Origin: Tubulanus polymorphus
Lineage: Eukaryota; Animalia; Nemertea
Reading direction: 5' to 3'
Length of the DNA: 64,000 nucleotides
NCBI RefSeq assembly: GCF_964204645.1
Contig: NC_134033.1
Coordinates: 10,920,655 to 10,984,654 of the forward strand
In this document: piece by piece, positions 12,692-25,082 of the stretch
Position numbering within the stretch: position 1 is the stretch's first letter
How the letters are laid out: each line of letters starts with the position of its first letter
Program-made: the position numbers and the translations under genes
Notes under the pieces: generated by a model
Told to the model about the DNA's origin: nothing
Database searches by the model: none
Seen by the model: only the letters and a program-made list of their open reading frames with translations

Positions 12692-15600
12692 AATCCAAAT
12701 ATTAGTTTAGAAGAGTTTTACGTCCCAACTGCAAGTAACAGTGTAACCCTAGTGGGTCTTAGTCTTAGAAATATAATCGCACAAACCACAAAAGATTTGA
12801 TAGGCTATATAATCCGATTGACTTCTATTGTGTGTTAGTGTTTGTGTATAGGAAATTATTAATTAATCCATGACGGGAAATAACATTTTGTTTGAAGCGT
12901 GTATGTTAGAAATCTAAGTGAAAAGGGTGAACTTTACAATAGAATTGTCAGTTGTTTAGTCCAGAAAGCTTCTCTTGATCATTATTAAACTTATTTCGAT
13001 TAATTGCAATTGGTATGATACTAATAATAACTATATTAGCATCAGATATACCTGGAAAATATGGTTATTCATCATACGTAGGAACCTAGTGAAATTAACA
13101 CAGTGATGGGCCTGGTGGTTGCATTTAATGATGAATGCCTTACCCGTATAATCTACAAAAAAACATCAATACTGACAACTGAAAAAAGTAATAACAGGAT
13201 TCGTTGATACGTAATACTGTACACTGTATTGTTGAATACTAGATTCAGTACAACCAGGAGGAAACTGATCAGTAAGAACAGCAAGCACTGAACTGTGTGT
13301 AGATGTTGTTGAAGTTGCATCAAGTTGAACATGTTCTATTATTCTATGGCAAATCTAGTTTTTCCGGAGTTCTAGTAATAGAAATATCTTCAAAATGTGC
13401 CGGTCAAAAGTTGCTCCGAGTTGTGACTGGTTCTGGTTGTCTGTGTTTCGGGGTGACAGATTGAAAGTTACATTGAGTTTAAAAAATTCAGTTCATGGCA
13501 ACTGACGAGCAGTATTTAAGGGTTGCAGGTGTGCCAGCTAGTTGCTGCGCACCACATGTTTCAGTGGCTATTCCAGGTTGCCAGTGCTGTCTACTATTTC
13601 TGGGTTTACACGTTGTATGATGAATGTTGAACTTATTGATAAATTGATTCACTATTTTGCTACTGTTTGTTTGGGTAGATATAGCAATATCTAGAAGCCT
13701 TGTTGGAAAGTTTATTTGCGATGTTTTGTTTAAAGGGGGCGTAGAAAAAATAGTTAACTATACTATATAACCGCCACTATAAGAGCATTGAAGATGCGAA
13801 GCCTATAGGGAGGTCTAGGGAAAAATTGAAAAAAATCTAAACTATTTTAGTGATTTTTCAGGGCATCGGATCTCATTGTCTACGTTATGGCAAGTTTGAA
13901 ACTATAAATGTATTTATTAAAGCATATTACCGGTAAAGAAAATTGAGGCCATAAAAAAGGACACTTTGGAAATTTTAAGGGGGGGGGGGTAATTACGCCC
14001 TGCACTGGATCTGCCCTTGATTTGATTCAAAATCTTTTACCCACAGTAATATCAGTTTTATATGATGACAATGATTGTTTTTTTTTTCACCACCCACTCA
14101 CACTTAAACCCTGCATATACAAGAGAGACTTATTGGTCGATATTAGAACATCTGTGAATACAAGGCACGAACAAATACTTCACAGTTTGAAGCTGCCATC
14201 CGTGCGTGCGTGTATATATAGTAATCACTATATACGACGATTTGTCAATCTTAGATTCTTTTCTACGTATTTTATTAATTGAAAATATGTGCAATAAATT
14301 GGATTGGTCGATCAGTCGCCCGGTTGGTCGGTCGATCGATCAGTCGTTCGGCTAATTGAGCTGAATAGAATTATTTTTTTTCGCATCTAGCGTTGTAATT
14401 AATGGTTTCATGTACAATGATTCTGATGCATAGAAAACTAATTCAATAGAATACTATTATTAACTGTTTTGGAAGTGATGTATTTGGTTAATGATTTTTA
14501 TTAATATTTGAATTAATAATTAAAATCTTTTAAGTATTTCTTAGGTGTTAACCAAACCCACCCTCACATCCCCACCCCCACCCTGATTCCCATTCCCACC
14601 CCACCACAACTCCCACTCCTTGCCCGCAATCCGAAAAACTTGTGAAAAATAATGACTGTGTTTATTTTCAGCATGATTCATTGGTGCAGAGATTTTATGC
14701 GGTTCTTTTTTCTAGTGAAATGAGTCGATTAATAATAAAACTGTCTGAAGTAATCTTTTTTCATTTCAACTATTTCCACTGCAGACCGATTGCACAATTC
14801 ACTTCGTAAAATTCCTTCAACCAGTGGCGAAATATTTGAAACTACTGCGTAGTTAGTTTGTTATTCATAGTTTTTCTTGCCCGTAAATTCGGGACGACGC
14901 GTTTTAAATTGAGGTCAAGTTAACAAATATATTCGTATACTTATATTTTGAGGACTAGTTTTATTTCACTTTCTCGGTGTAATTTTTACGCAAATAGAAT
15001 ATCGTAGGAAATACTCTGTCATTTCGTCGTCTCGTAAATGAAACTGAAAACGTTTTTTTAAACCACTTCTTTTGGACTTATATTCAATCGCGCATGAAAT
15101 TAAAAGAGTTTTCCCTCATTTTCGTATTCAAATATACGTTTCGTTTTCAAATTTATTCATATTTAACTGGATTTCGAACAGAAGAAAATGAGCGAATGAA
15201 ACTGAAATGATTATTTCTTGTTTTGATGTTTCGGTCTCTGACTTCATGTCTACTGATCGTAGTTAGTTATTTTCAATATTTAATCTTTGTTCGCCACTAA
15301 ATACCGATGCATTTTGGTAAATAGAAAATACTTCATAAAGAAAGTGAATTTAGATTATCTTTGATAAAGTACGAATGATTTTCGAAGAAAAAAATAACTA
15401 TTCGGCTTATCTTGTGTACGACCTTGGTGACTGGTACTTTGTCAAGGTCGGCAGACGTAGCTGTACACTGGTGTAGATTGGATGAGTATTGATCTCTCTG
15501 TCTAGGTGTCGCCTGCTGATCATTTACGGTGAATTGACCGAAAACCCCAAATCACAGTTGCAGAAAGGTCGTTAATCAACCTTTTAAGCAACTTACGCCT

Positions 15601-15769
15601 GCATTGTCGCAATCAAAGTCCGGTTTAAGAAGCATTTTAGCTAATACAGTCTTTGTACCCCGGTTTCTAAACACTGCAGTGACCATTCAACATCCTTTTC
15701 AGAAATTGTACTGAGGTATTAAGACACTCGTTTAAAAAGCATTGAACGCTTGGTTTAACCAGTGTTTAA

Positions 15770-16057
15770 CCCTTTCAGTGCTGGCTAATTAATACCCTAT
15801 AGTGCTGAAGATAATTTGAAAATTCTGAAAAATTCCACCCTAGTGTGTTGAATAACAGGAATAGCACTACAGTGCGTCTACACCGCGGTGCAGTGTATCG
15901 TTAGTTACTAATATTTCACTATGTATCACAGGTGCTGCCATCTTTCAAGAGAGATAATTAGTAATTACTAATTAAATCAATACACCGCAGTGCGGTGTAC
16001 TAGCAAAATCCATCACTGATTTGTACACTGCACTGCGGTGTAGACGCACTGAAAGGG
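15770..16057 (+). mobile_element. piggyBac-like MITE family B, copy 1 (288 bp)
   Basis: TTAA|CCCTTTCAGTGC ... GCACTGAAAGGG|TTAG. CCC/GGG termini and a TTAA target are piggyBac hallmarks. Internal CACCGCAGTGCGGTG-type palindromes. Confidence 0.85.
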
Positions 16058-19000
16058 TTAGGTAAATTCCGCGGTTAGTTAGGGTTAGTTTGAATCTCCT
16101 TGAGATTTAGTTGAAAGTTATTTAATTGTTATCCATAGAAAGCTATTCATTGGCATTTTGGATTAAGTTGTTATTTTTGATTCCATTGAAATACATATTC
16201 ATGAAATCACGATCCAATCAGAAAACTGGTTGCCATACAGGTTATGTGGAGACTTTACACTTGGTTTCTGTGACTCATTAGAAATCGAATCAGAAGTTAA
16301 GTACGCTGAACCCGAATAATTTGGCGAGCATTTTTGCGAAGGTAATTCGCTCCTTTGCATTTTTGAATATTCATTTGTTTGATGAGGTCTGAGGCGCGAT
16401 GAATCGAGAAATCATGCTTAATAATCTCTCCTCATCGTGGTTGAATGCGCGATCGTAACAGGCAGCGGAAGAGAGACTGTCTAGTCTGTCTGTCTGTCTG
16501 TCTGACTGACTCGTGGCGGGGCAGACCGACCGACGGACAGACGGATGCACTGATGAATATGTGGCGATGATAAACGGGAAATATATTCGATAAGATTATT
16601 AATAAACCCCTCGTGCAGAATTCAGACATTGATTAGAGAATTTTTAAGCAAATTCTTATGCAATCAGTAACAGCATGTGAAGAGGTTCACAGTCTGTTTC
16701 ACAGTGTGTTGACTCATCGGCGGGTTGAATTAGATTTCATGGACTTCAGTCAATTTTCGTGTTGGATGACATTTTTTTCCGTTCATTGCTAATTGAAATA
16801 AAGTTAAGTTTGCGATCGTTCCTATGGGATATGCTGATGATTGGTTGACCATAGAGTCAGTATCCTTGGACTTGATCAATCCTAGAGAATGTCAGCCTTA
16901 ATGAAACTCAGTCTTCGACTGACCACCATAGTACGTCATATTCTGGTAGTGATAGCGACTGACTTTGATGTGCCTGAGTTGCAGTGTCAGAGAACTGGCT
17001 CAGTGTGCTGTATTATATTAGCAACAATCACACGGAGTTGATTTGGCCCGGATCTGGCCCAACGGAGTTTTTGACCAATTGGCCCGTGCCTGATTAAAGA
17101 ATGTATCAATACGTAAACCATGGACCGATAATGCTTGTGTGATCGTGTGTTTTATTTGCAGTCACTGGTCTTTGTTACCCTAGAGATGCTTAAATCCGTC
17201 GAGCCATTCGAGTACTGTGACTCTTCTGCACTTAAGAGTTCCTCGTAATGCCACAAGTGCGCTCGACAGTAAAAGGAAGTTTCTGCTTTTTGATGTGCTT
17301 CGACGACGTCTGAGTTTAGAAAAAATAAATCTCCGATCCAATAAAGCGTCTGTTGAAGGAAGTCACGTTCGTAAGTCTGGCTGTGTCAATACGGCCGTAT
17401 CCGTTGCTAGGCGCGAGGCGTTTTTTCGGCAGACGCCGTAGACAAAAATTAATATATTATCGGAAAAGTTTTGTGTATACACGGACGCTGTCTGTGATGC
17501 AACCGCTCGTCATTTCCTTATTCATCTTCTGAAACTTTTTTGTGTATCTCGACAACAACTGGGATTTGCCAATTTACGAAGTGATAACCTGTTTATATTT
17601 CATCTGTCGAGATTTTTTTTGTTCGAAGATAACTGTTGTTTCTATTCCTAGCTAGCATTTTAAAATGAGGCTCTGGATTCAGAAAGAACGAATTCTTAAA
17701 TCCGTTTGATTTATTCATCAATTCAGTTTATGTTGAATCAATGTTGACACGTTTTGTGGGACCCGGGATAAATGTTAAACACAGGCAGAAGCAATATCTA
17801 TAAAACTTACTTGTGCTTGATTTTGCCCAGGCCTAGCTTTCAAATCGATTCTAGTTCAGCTTGAGTTGGTTAAACTTTGACATATGTATTAACTAGTTTA
17901 TATATTCATGGTTTAACCAAAGGTGACGCATTAAACACGGAGGTAGCTATGATAGAATAAACGGGCAAAATGTCGCAACAGTGTGGTATATAGACAGACC
18001 TCTACCACGGAGGGAGGGAAATACCAAATGAAATCAACAGTGTAAAAAGAGATAAATCAAATCAATAATGTTCATCAGACTGAAAGGAAGCAACCTGATC
18101 CAGAATGCAGAACTCAGCTACTCAATATTCCAGACAGATCTCATCTCACGAGACCTGACGCATCTCTGATGTTGTCGTCTGCATCGTGGCTGTCTTTTTT
18201 CTCCTTGCTATTCGCTGATTTTGTATTTCATTACCATAACATTGTCTGTTGTATGCTGTTGATAGATCTCAGACTGGAGACACTGAGACACGGAGAGACG
18301 AGACAAGAGTACGTTTAGGTCACTGGTAATTGAAGCCTCCAATCTAGACCTGTATTTCGCCCAACTCCCAGATTTTAGATTTGGTTGTAGAAGATGAAAA
18401 TGCCGACATCAGTTTAACCCTGATGCAACCCAACTGAAATACAATATACTTGTCATCACCCAGGCTTCACATGTTCAATCCCTCATCTCATATATCATAT
18501 TTCTTTATTGGGAAAATACCATTTAGGTAGTTTATCAGCAAATAGTGATAATCACTTCAAAGTACTCAGGATCTGAGATATCAATTGAAAATGTGGACTG
18601 CAAACGCCATCTTTGAAACCACTTTATACCAAAATAAAGTCATGTCTTGAATAATAGCTTGTTCTTGATATAAATCTCGGAGCATAAGACCACAATTGAG
18701 GTTAGGAAATCAGTGTCGTAAGTACTATTTGAGAGACTGAATTTCATTCATTTGATTAGTTTCCAGCCGTCTGTCTGTCTGTCTGTTTTTTTGCGCGGTG
18801 TTCGAGACACTGCATTGATTTTCTTCACGACAGCATCGTCGACTGTAACACTCAGCCATTCTGGGCACGTCTGCTCGAGCCGTCACAAGAATTTCAACTT
18901 CAGCTTGATTACCGATAAAAATTTTGTATGCGCTCCCTCGTGTTGATGTCCCGACTGCCGCAGCCCCCTTCACCGCCATGTCATAAAGGGTTAAATCAAA

Positions 19001-20264
19001 AAACATAGACGATAGCGATGATGACTTTTGAGGATTGAATTTTTCCCGAAAGCAGATATAAAGAATCTTCCCTCTGGTCTTGGATTCCCACTACTATTGA
19101 ATGCCTTGAAGTTAACTGTTGTAATTAAGATTCATTTCCCAGTGGCTGTGTCTGCTCTGACTGTTTTGAACTTGAGATGTTTGACCTTTATTTTGCCTGA
19201 TTCTCTTTTTCTTGGTATTTGCCATCTTTTTTACCCTTTCATATCTTACCTTTCTTCTGTCTTTATCTCTCTTCCTCTACACAATTCTGCTCCCTCTCCT
19301 GACCTAAAGTAATTTGTCATTCATTTCACCTCTCCTCTCTCCCCTCTCCTCTCTCCTCTTCTCTATCCTCTCTCTTATTCTCTGCTCTCTCTCTTCTTCC
19401 GCCATGATCAAAACTATTTACTGTCTCTTTTGCAACTGATTGACTGGAGATGACCTTGAGTTTTGAACCTTTTTTCTCCCAGTTTACTTAGTTCTCTGAT
19501 TACAGATTATCGGTGAAACCCTCTGCTCAACGGTGGCGAATAATGTTCACCTGTTCAAACTTTTTCCTCAACAAACAAATCGTTGCCACGAAGAAATTCT
19601 CAAACCGAAACCATTCTATACACAATCTGTTTACAATTCTTATGTCTATATTGATGTTGTTGGCAATACGTTACTGATGGCCTTTTCGTATTTCCATCAG
19701 AATGGAAGCAGATGGGAATAGACACAAACGTGCATATTGCTTTTTGAAGAAGTCAGTCTGAAGATCTAGACACCTAGATTGGTGGTGAAAATAGTGTAAT
19801 GTTTGCAGACGTCAACGCCGTGGAAAAATAGCCGAAATACATTCCACACCTGAAAAATGGTTTCAAACTGAAAGCAATAAATATGGAAGCATTAGTTTAA
19901 GCTATGTATATGAACTGAAATTCAATTTAACAAACATGTTTTCACTGGGACATCTGTGTGGCCCACTTTAATTTGATTTTGTGATAGTTTTCAAGTGTCG
20001 TTTGTTTGTATTATTTTGTAAGTGATATATGATCAATAACACGATATCACAAACAATTTTTTATGGAGGTCCAGAGTTCGTACATTTTTGCACTGTGTTG
20101 TTTTGCTCGGCCCTAATCAAGATTTGATTTTTACTCATGATTCATTTCTCAAAGGAGATTGAGTCATAAAATCCACAAGTTGTCTGTGTAAGGTACGTTT
20201 TGCTGATTGACAAATATGTTAACCAATTTTTATCCAAGTCTGCAAAACCTTTGGATTTGACTGA

Positions 20265-21258
20265 GGATCCAGTTCCACGGTTATGAGAATCTAGTGTGAC
20301 TCTGGATCCAGTTCCACAGTTATGAGAATCTAATGTGACTCTGGATCCAGTTCCACAGTTATGAGAATCTAATGTGACTCTGGATCCAGTTCCAAAGTTG
20401 TGATAATCTAATGTGACTCTGTATCCAGTTCCACAGTTATGAGAATCTAATGTGACTCTGGATCCAGTTCCACAGTTATGAGAATCTAATGTGACTCTGG
20501 ATCCAGTTCCACAGTTATGAGAATCTAGTGTGACTCTGGATCCAGTTCCACAGTTATGAGAATCTAATGTGACTCTGGATCGTGTTCCACAGTTATGAGA
20601 ATCTAATGTGACTCTGGATCCAGTTCCAAAGTTGTGATAATCTAATGTGACTCTGTATCCAGTTCCACAGTTATGAGAATCTAATGTGACTCTGGATCCA
20701 GTTCCACAGTTATGAGAATCTAATGTGACTCTGGATCCAGTTCCACAGTTATGAGAATCTAATGTGACTCTGGATCCAGTTCCACAGTTGTGAGAATATA
20801 ATGTGACTCTGGATCCAGTTCCACAGTTGTGAGAATATAATGTGACTCTGGATCCAGTTCCACGGTTATGAGAATCTAGTGTGACTCTGGATCCAGTTCC
20901 ACAGTTATGAGAATCTAATGTGACTCTGGATCCAGTTCCACAGTTATGAGAATCTAATGTGACTCTGGATCCAGTTCCACAGTTGTGAGAATATAATGTG
21001 ACTCTGGATCCAGTTCCGATTCAGCATCCAGTTCCACAGTTGTGAGAATCTAATGTGACTCTGGATCCAGTTCCACGGTTATGAGAATCTAGTGTGACTC
21101 TGGATCCAGTTCCACAGTTATGAGAATCTAATGTGACTCTGGATCCAGTTCCACAGTTATGAGAATCTAATGTGACTCTGGATCCAGTTCCACAGTTGTG
21201 AGAATCTAATGTGACTCTGGATCCAGTTCCAATTCAGCATCCAGTTCCACAGTTGTGA
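20265..21258. repeat. 39-bp minisatellite, about 25 units
   Basis: Unit GTGACTCTGGATCCAGTTCCACAGTTATGAGAATCTAAT. Confidence 0.97.
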
Positions 21259-22179
21259 ACTTACAGTGACCCAGGTTTAATTCATATATGGACATCTAGT
21301 TGCATTGTTATATGTTCATGTAATTTTACACGTATATTTGAGATCAATTCAAAACATTTTACCACATTTAAAGCCCTTGTCTTCCAGCTTGCAGTACATA
21401 CATTTACATATCGAGGGCATTGACCTTAAATGGGTGTAAGTAGGTATTGTATAGATGGATTGATATGAAGCTGAAGAGCTGGAATCCATTGAGTCATTTG
21501 TGTTTAGATAATGAAATTAGGAAGTGTAGGAAAAATGATTAGGAAGTGGTTTTGTGATATATTGATGTGTATGTATGTATGGATGAGTATTTGTACATCC
21601 TGGTTTTCATTCTCTCAATGAAATTGGTTTCCTGTCGATGTATTTCTTTTGAGACGTCGTTTTCACAGTGGATTACGTTCGAAAAGATTGAACCAGTTAA
21701 AAAAGGTTTGTCTACGTTAGAATTTTCGGTTTGTTCTTTTGTGAAAAAATTATGTTCGTTACAAAAACGTACGTATATCTCATTTCTTGCGAATCACTTT
21801 CTTTCAGTCTTGAATGAAAACGGTTTTAATTTTCAGTTTAATTTCATCTAATGGAATTTTTTGTGCTAATTGTTTTCATCGCATTTTGTTTCAATCTCTT
21901 AAATCTTTTCCCGAAACTGAATCTAATTCTATGAATATGTCGCATGTTTGAATGTTTAATCCCGGTGCTAACACGGAGTGATTTTTAGTTACCGGTTGCT
22001 GCGATCAGTTGTGCGACCGGTTCTGCGAGCGGTTCTTACACAATCGATCGCTCAGTGTCTCCTGTCTGCAATCACTGGAAACTGAGTGGTGATTATCTTT
22101 CCCGCCAAACATCTGTATCATATATCATGTGACTTGTCTAGATGGCCGCATTTCTGCCTGAAGGGTTGCCGTATTTGGA

Positions 22180-22529
22180 AGTATCACGTGATAATCATTC
22201 GCTCTCTCATTGGCTAGTTGATGAGTTGCTCGTCGCTTGGTGTCTCCAGCTGCCGCACACACGGCAACTCCGAGCAATTTCTCAGTGATGAGCTACTCTC
22301 CATCCCCCAATATCAAACATGTTTGGAGCAAATCCTTTCGACGACGAGCAAATTCAAAAGCAAATTCAGCTGTTTTATTGGGAATTGCTCGAAAACGTCG
22401 CCCTCTTGCGGCAGGCTTTAGAAATGAGCGCAGCAATTTTTCCGGTAAGAACTGCTTAGAGAGATATGATGGTAGCGCTGTGAATAGATCAAGCGAGATC
22501 AGTCGAGGCTTTGTTTAGTCTTCACGGAG
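22180..22529 (+). promoter_or_regulatory. Candidate alternative promoter / non-coding first exon
   Basis: CACGTG E-box (about 22185), reverse CCAAT (ATTGG, about 22209), TCAGT (about 22282), CpG-rich body and donor GAG|GTAAAC at 22530. It shares the motif TGGTAGCGCT with the 33-kb candidate exon. Confidence 0.3.
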
Positions 22530-22964
22530 GTAAACAAGTTAGCTGTTTGAAAGAAAATATCAGTTGTTTTTTGAAATACGATGTTTTACTGGTGAAACTG
22601 TAACCGAAATGTTAGATAAACTAAAATCGAATATAATATATACAAACACAGCCCACTCAAACATAAATAACTTTGTAGTGGAGTCATTGGCCTCTCTTGG
22701 ATACCTATTTTAGGAACTTTACCAACATTACACTATCTTCAAGAGAAAAAGATAAAAACGTCAAGAAGAGAAAGTTGGTTGATATTTATCTGAGATGCTC
22801 GTGGTTGACATTCTCAACTTGCTCATGAATGATTCTGAAGACGTACAAGTTTGGAATGATAGACCAAATGCTCCTTTTCTAGATCCTTTCTAACGCTTGG
22901 TATGAAATATTGGTAATATCCGTTCGGTAGGTTAAAGGTTCTGTCAGTAGGTTCGGTGCTCTTA

Positions 22965-23062
22965 GATGGTAAGGTTAGATCTTCTCAGGATAGGTTAGAT
23001 TCTCTCAGGTTAGGTTATATTCTCTCAGGTAAGGTTAGGATTCTCTCAGGTTAGGTTAGATT
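22965..23062. repeat. 20-21-bp tandem repeat
   Basis: Unit similar to GGTTAGATTCTCTCAGGTTA, 4-5 copies. Confidence 0.85.
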
Positions 23063-23389
23063 CACGTGCTATCTGTAGGTTCGGTGAGGTCCTCGGTCCA
23101 TTAAGTTTGGTGGCCTTGAAATTCTCACCAGATCATTCACCTGATGGATTGTCTATTTCTAGTGTTTAATCTCTCTCCCCGCCTCCCTCTCCCACTCGCT
23201 GGGGTTTCTGACTCCTTACTAAGCATCTTTGCATGCAATTGTTTATACTTGAGCTGTTCTTTCCTGAATACAGTTTTTAAATCTAATGCAGCAATTGTAA
23301 ATCATAAGTACCACTTTCTGGGTTACATTTCTGTCATGGACCAATCGCTTAAAACTATTTCATCGGTGTGGGCTATAGTTATTCAACAA

Positions 23390-23704
23390 TGGCTATGTGA
23401 CTGGGTTCACCCGTGGCTATGTGACTGAATTCACCCGTGGCTATGTGACTGGGTTCACCCGTGGCTATGTGACTGGATTCACCCGTGGCTATGTGACTGG
23501 ATTCACCCGTGGCTATGTGACTGGGTTCTCTCATGGCTATGTGACTGGGTTCACCAATCACTGTGACTGGGTTAACACATGGCTATATGACTGGGTTCAC
23601 CAATGGCTATGTGACTGGGTTCACACATGGCTATATGACTGGGTTCACCAATGGCTATGTGACTGGGTTCACACATGGCTATGTGACTGGGTTCACCCGT
23701 GACT
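23390..23704. repeat. 24-bp minisatellite, about 13 units
   Basis: Unit TGGCTATGTGACTGGGTTCACCCG. Confidence 0.95.
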
Positions 23705-24899
23705 GATTGACAGGATTCAATATTGTTACAGATTCAGTTGAAACTGATTCTCAAAGTCAATTTTTCATGACATGAAATTTATATCCAACTTTCTTGATAC
23801 GTTGAATATTTCTCCTATCTACTTGAAACGAAGTGTTTTAGATTTTCTCCTGTTGATGGTACTTCTAGGTATTGGAAAATCGGGTCTCTCTCTTCAATGA
23901 CAACTGCAGATACTCGATACACACGCGATACACAGTATCAACAACTACATGTCATTAATAGACTGTCCTTGATTCTGGTCTCCTGGGAAAAAAGTGAAAT
24001 AAAAACCGCTATTCCCGACACAGCGATCACCGCGATGATCTACTCTGAGAATCCATTAACGATATACTTATTATCTTTGATGTCGGCTTCATGCAATGAC
24101 CTTGACCCTGAAATGGGTTTGAATTTTTACGCAGAGAGAATTTTTATAGGCTGATATATTTATGTGACATCAGATGGCGTATCTGACGATCAGTTATTTC
24201 CTACCTTTACCTATAAATAGAAATATTTGGTCTCGGTGTCATATTCCCAGACAGCTTATCACAATGATTTGGGCCTTTGAGATTCTGTTCACGAGTGTTA
24301 CATTGTCATGATAAGGGTTTGAGGAAAGGGCAAATACGCAATGGCTGTAGTAGTGATGTCTTAGTGAGTAGCACCAAGCTGGATGTACAGAGACCCCAGA
24401 TCCTTCTATCACTATGGACCTCGCAGGAAGGTACTCACTACCTAGAGCAGACTGCTCAGTGATTGCAATGGGTAGAGACTGGAACTCTGCCTATTTATTA
24501 TCTTGCATCATATTGAATCTTTATTACTAATTTTCCACCATCTCCGTTAGAGAAAAAGTAATTGAATTCTGAACTGCTCGAGTTTTCACTATATTGCCAG
24601 CACTGACGCCGGTGTTAGTGAATTGATTAGTTCTACGTGTTATAATGAAATGGGATATTAATACTTCGATCGATTCTAGAAATCTGAATGAAAAACATTT
24701 CGTTAATTTGATATTTTTCTTCCTTCACACGTTGCATGTTGTTTTACGTATATTTGTACGGTTTCATTCTCGAAGTCTATAATGCGTTATTATCAGGATA
24801 CGTGAAACTGAACGTTCTCAGGTAACGATATAAAATCATATGGGAAATAAATGAATTAAAACACAGACGACGTAGGTTGCCATATGTTGCGTGCCTGCC

Positions 24900-25082
<183 letters not shown>

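Noticed and set aside
17162-17370. Possible cassette exon (tttatttgcAG ... GTAAGT)
   Set aside because: Only splice-like signals, with no coding or other support.
20265-21258. CRISPR-like appearance of this and other arrays (31172, 56789, 61558)
   Set aside because: Units are head-to-tail without unique spacers, there are no cas genes, and the context is eukaryotic intron.
6496-24220. MEF2 sites CTA(A/T)4TAG at 6496, 8780 and 24211
   Set aside because: A few matches are expected by chance in 64 kb of AT-rich DNA, despite the known Mef2-mbl link in flies.
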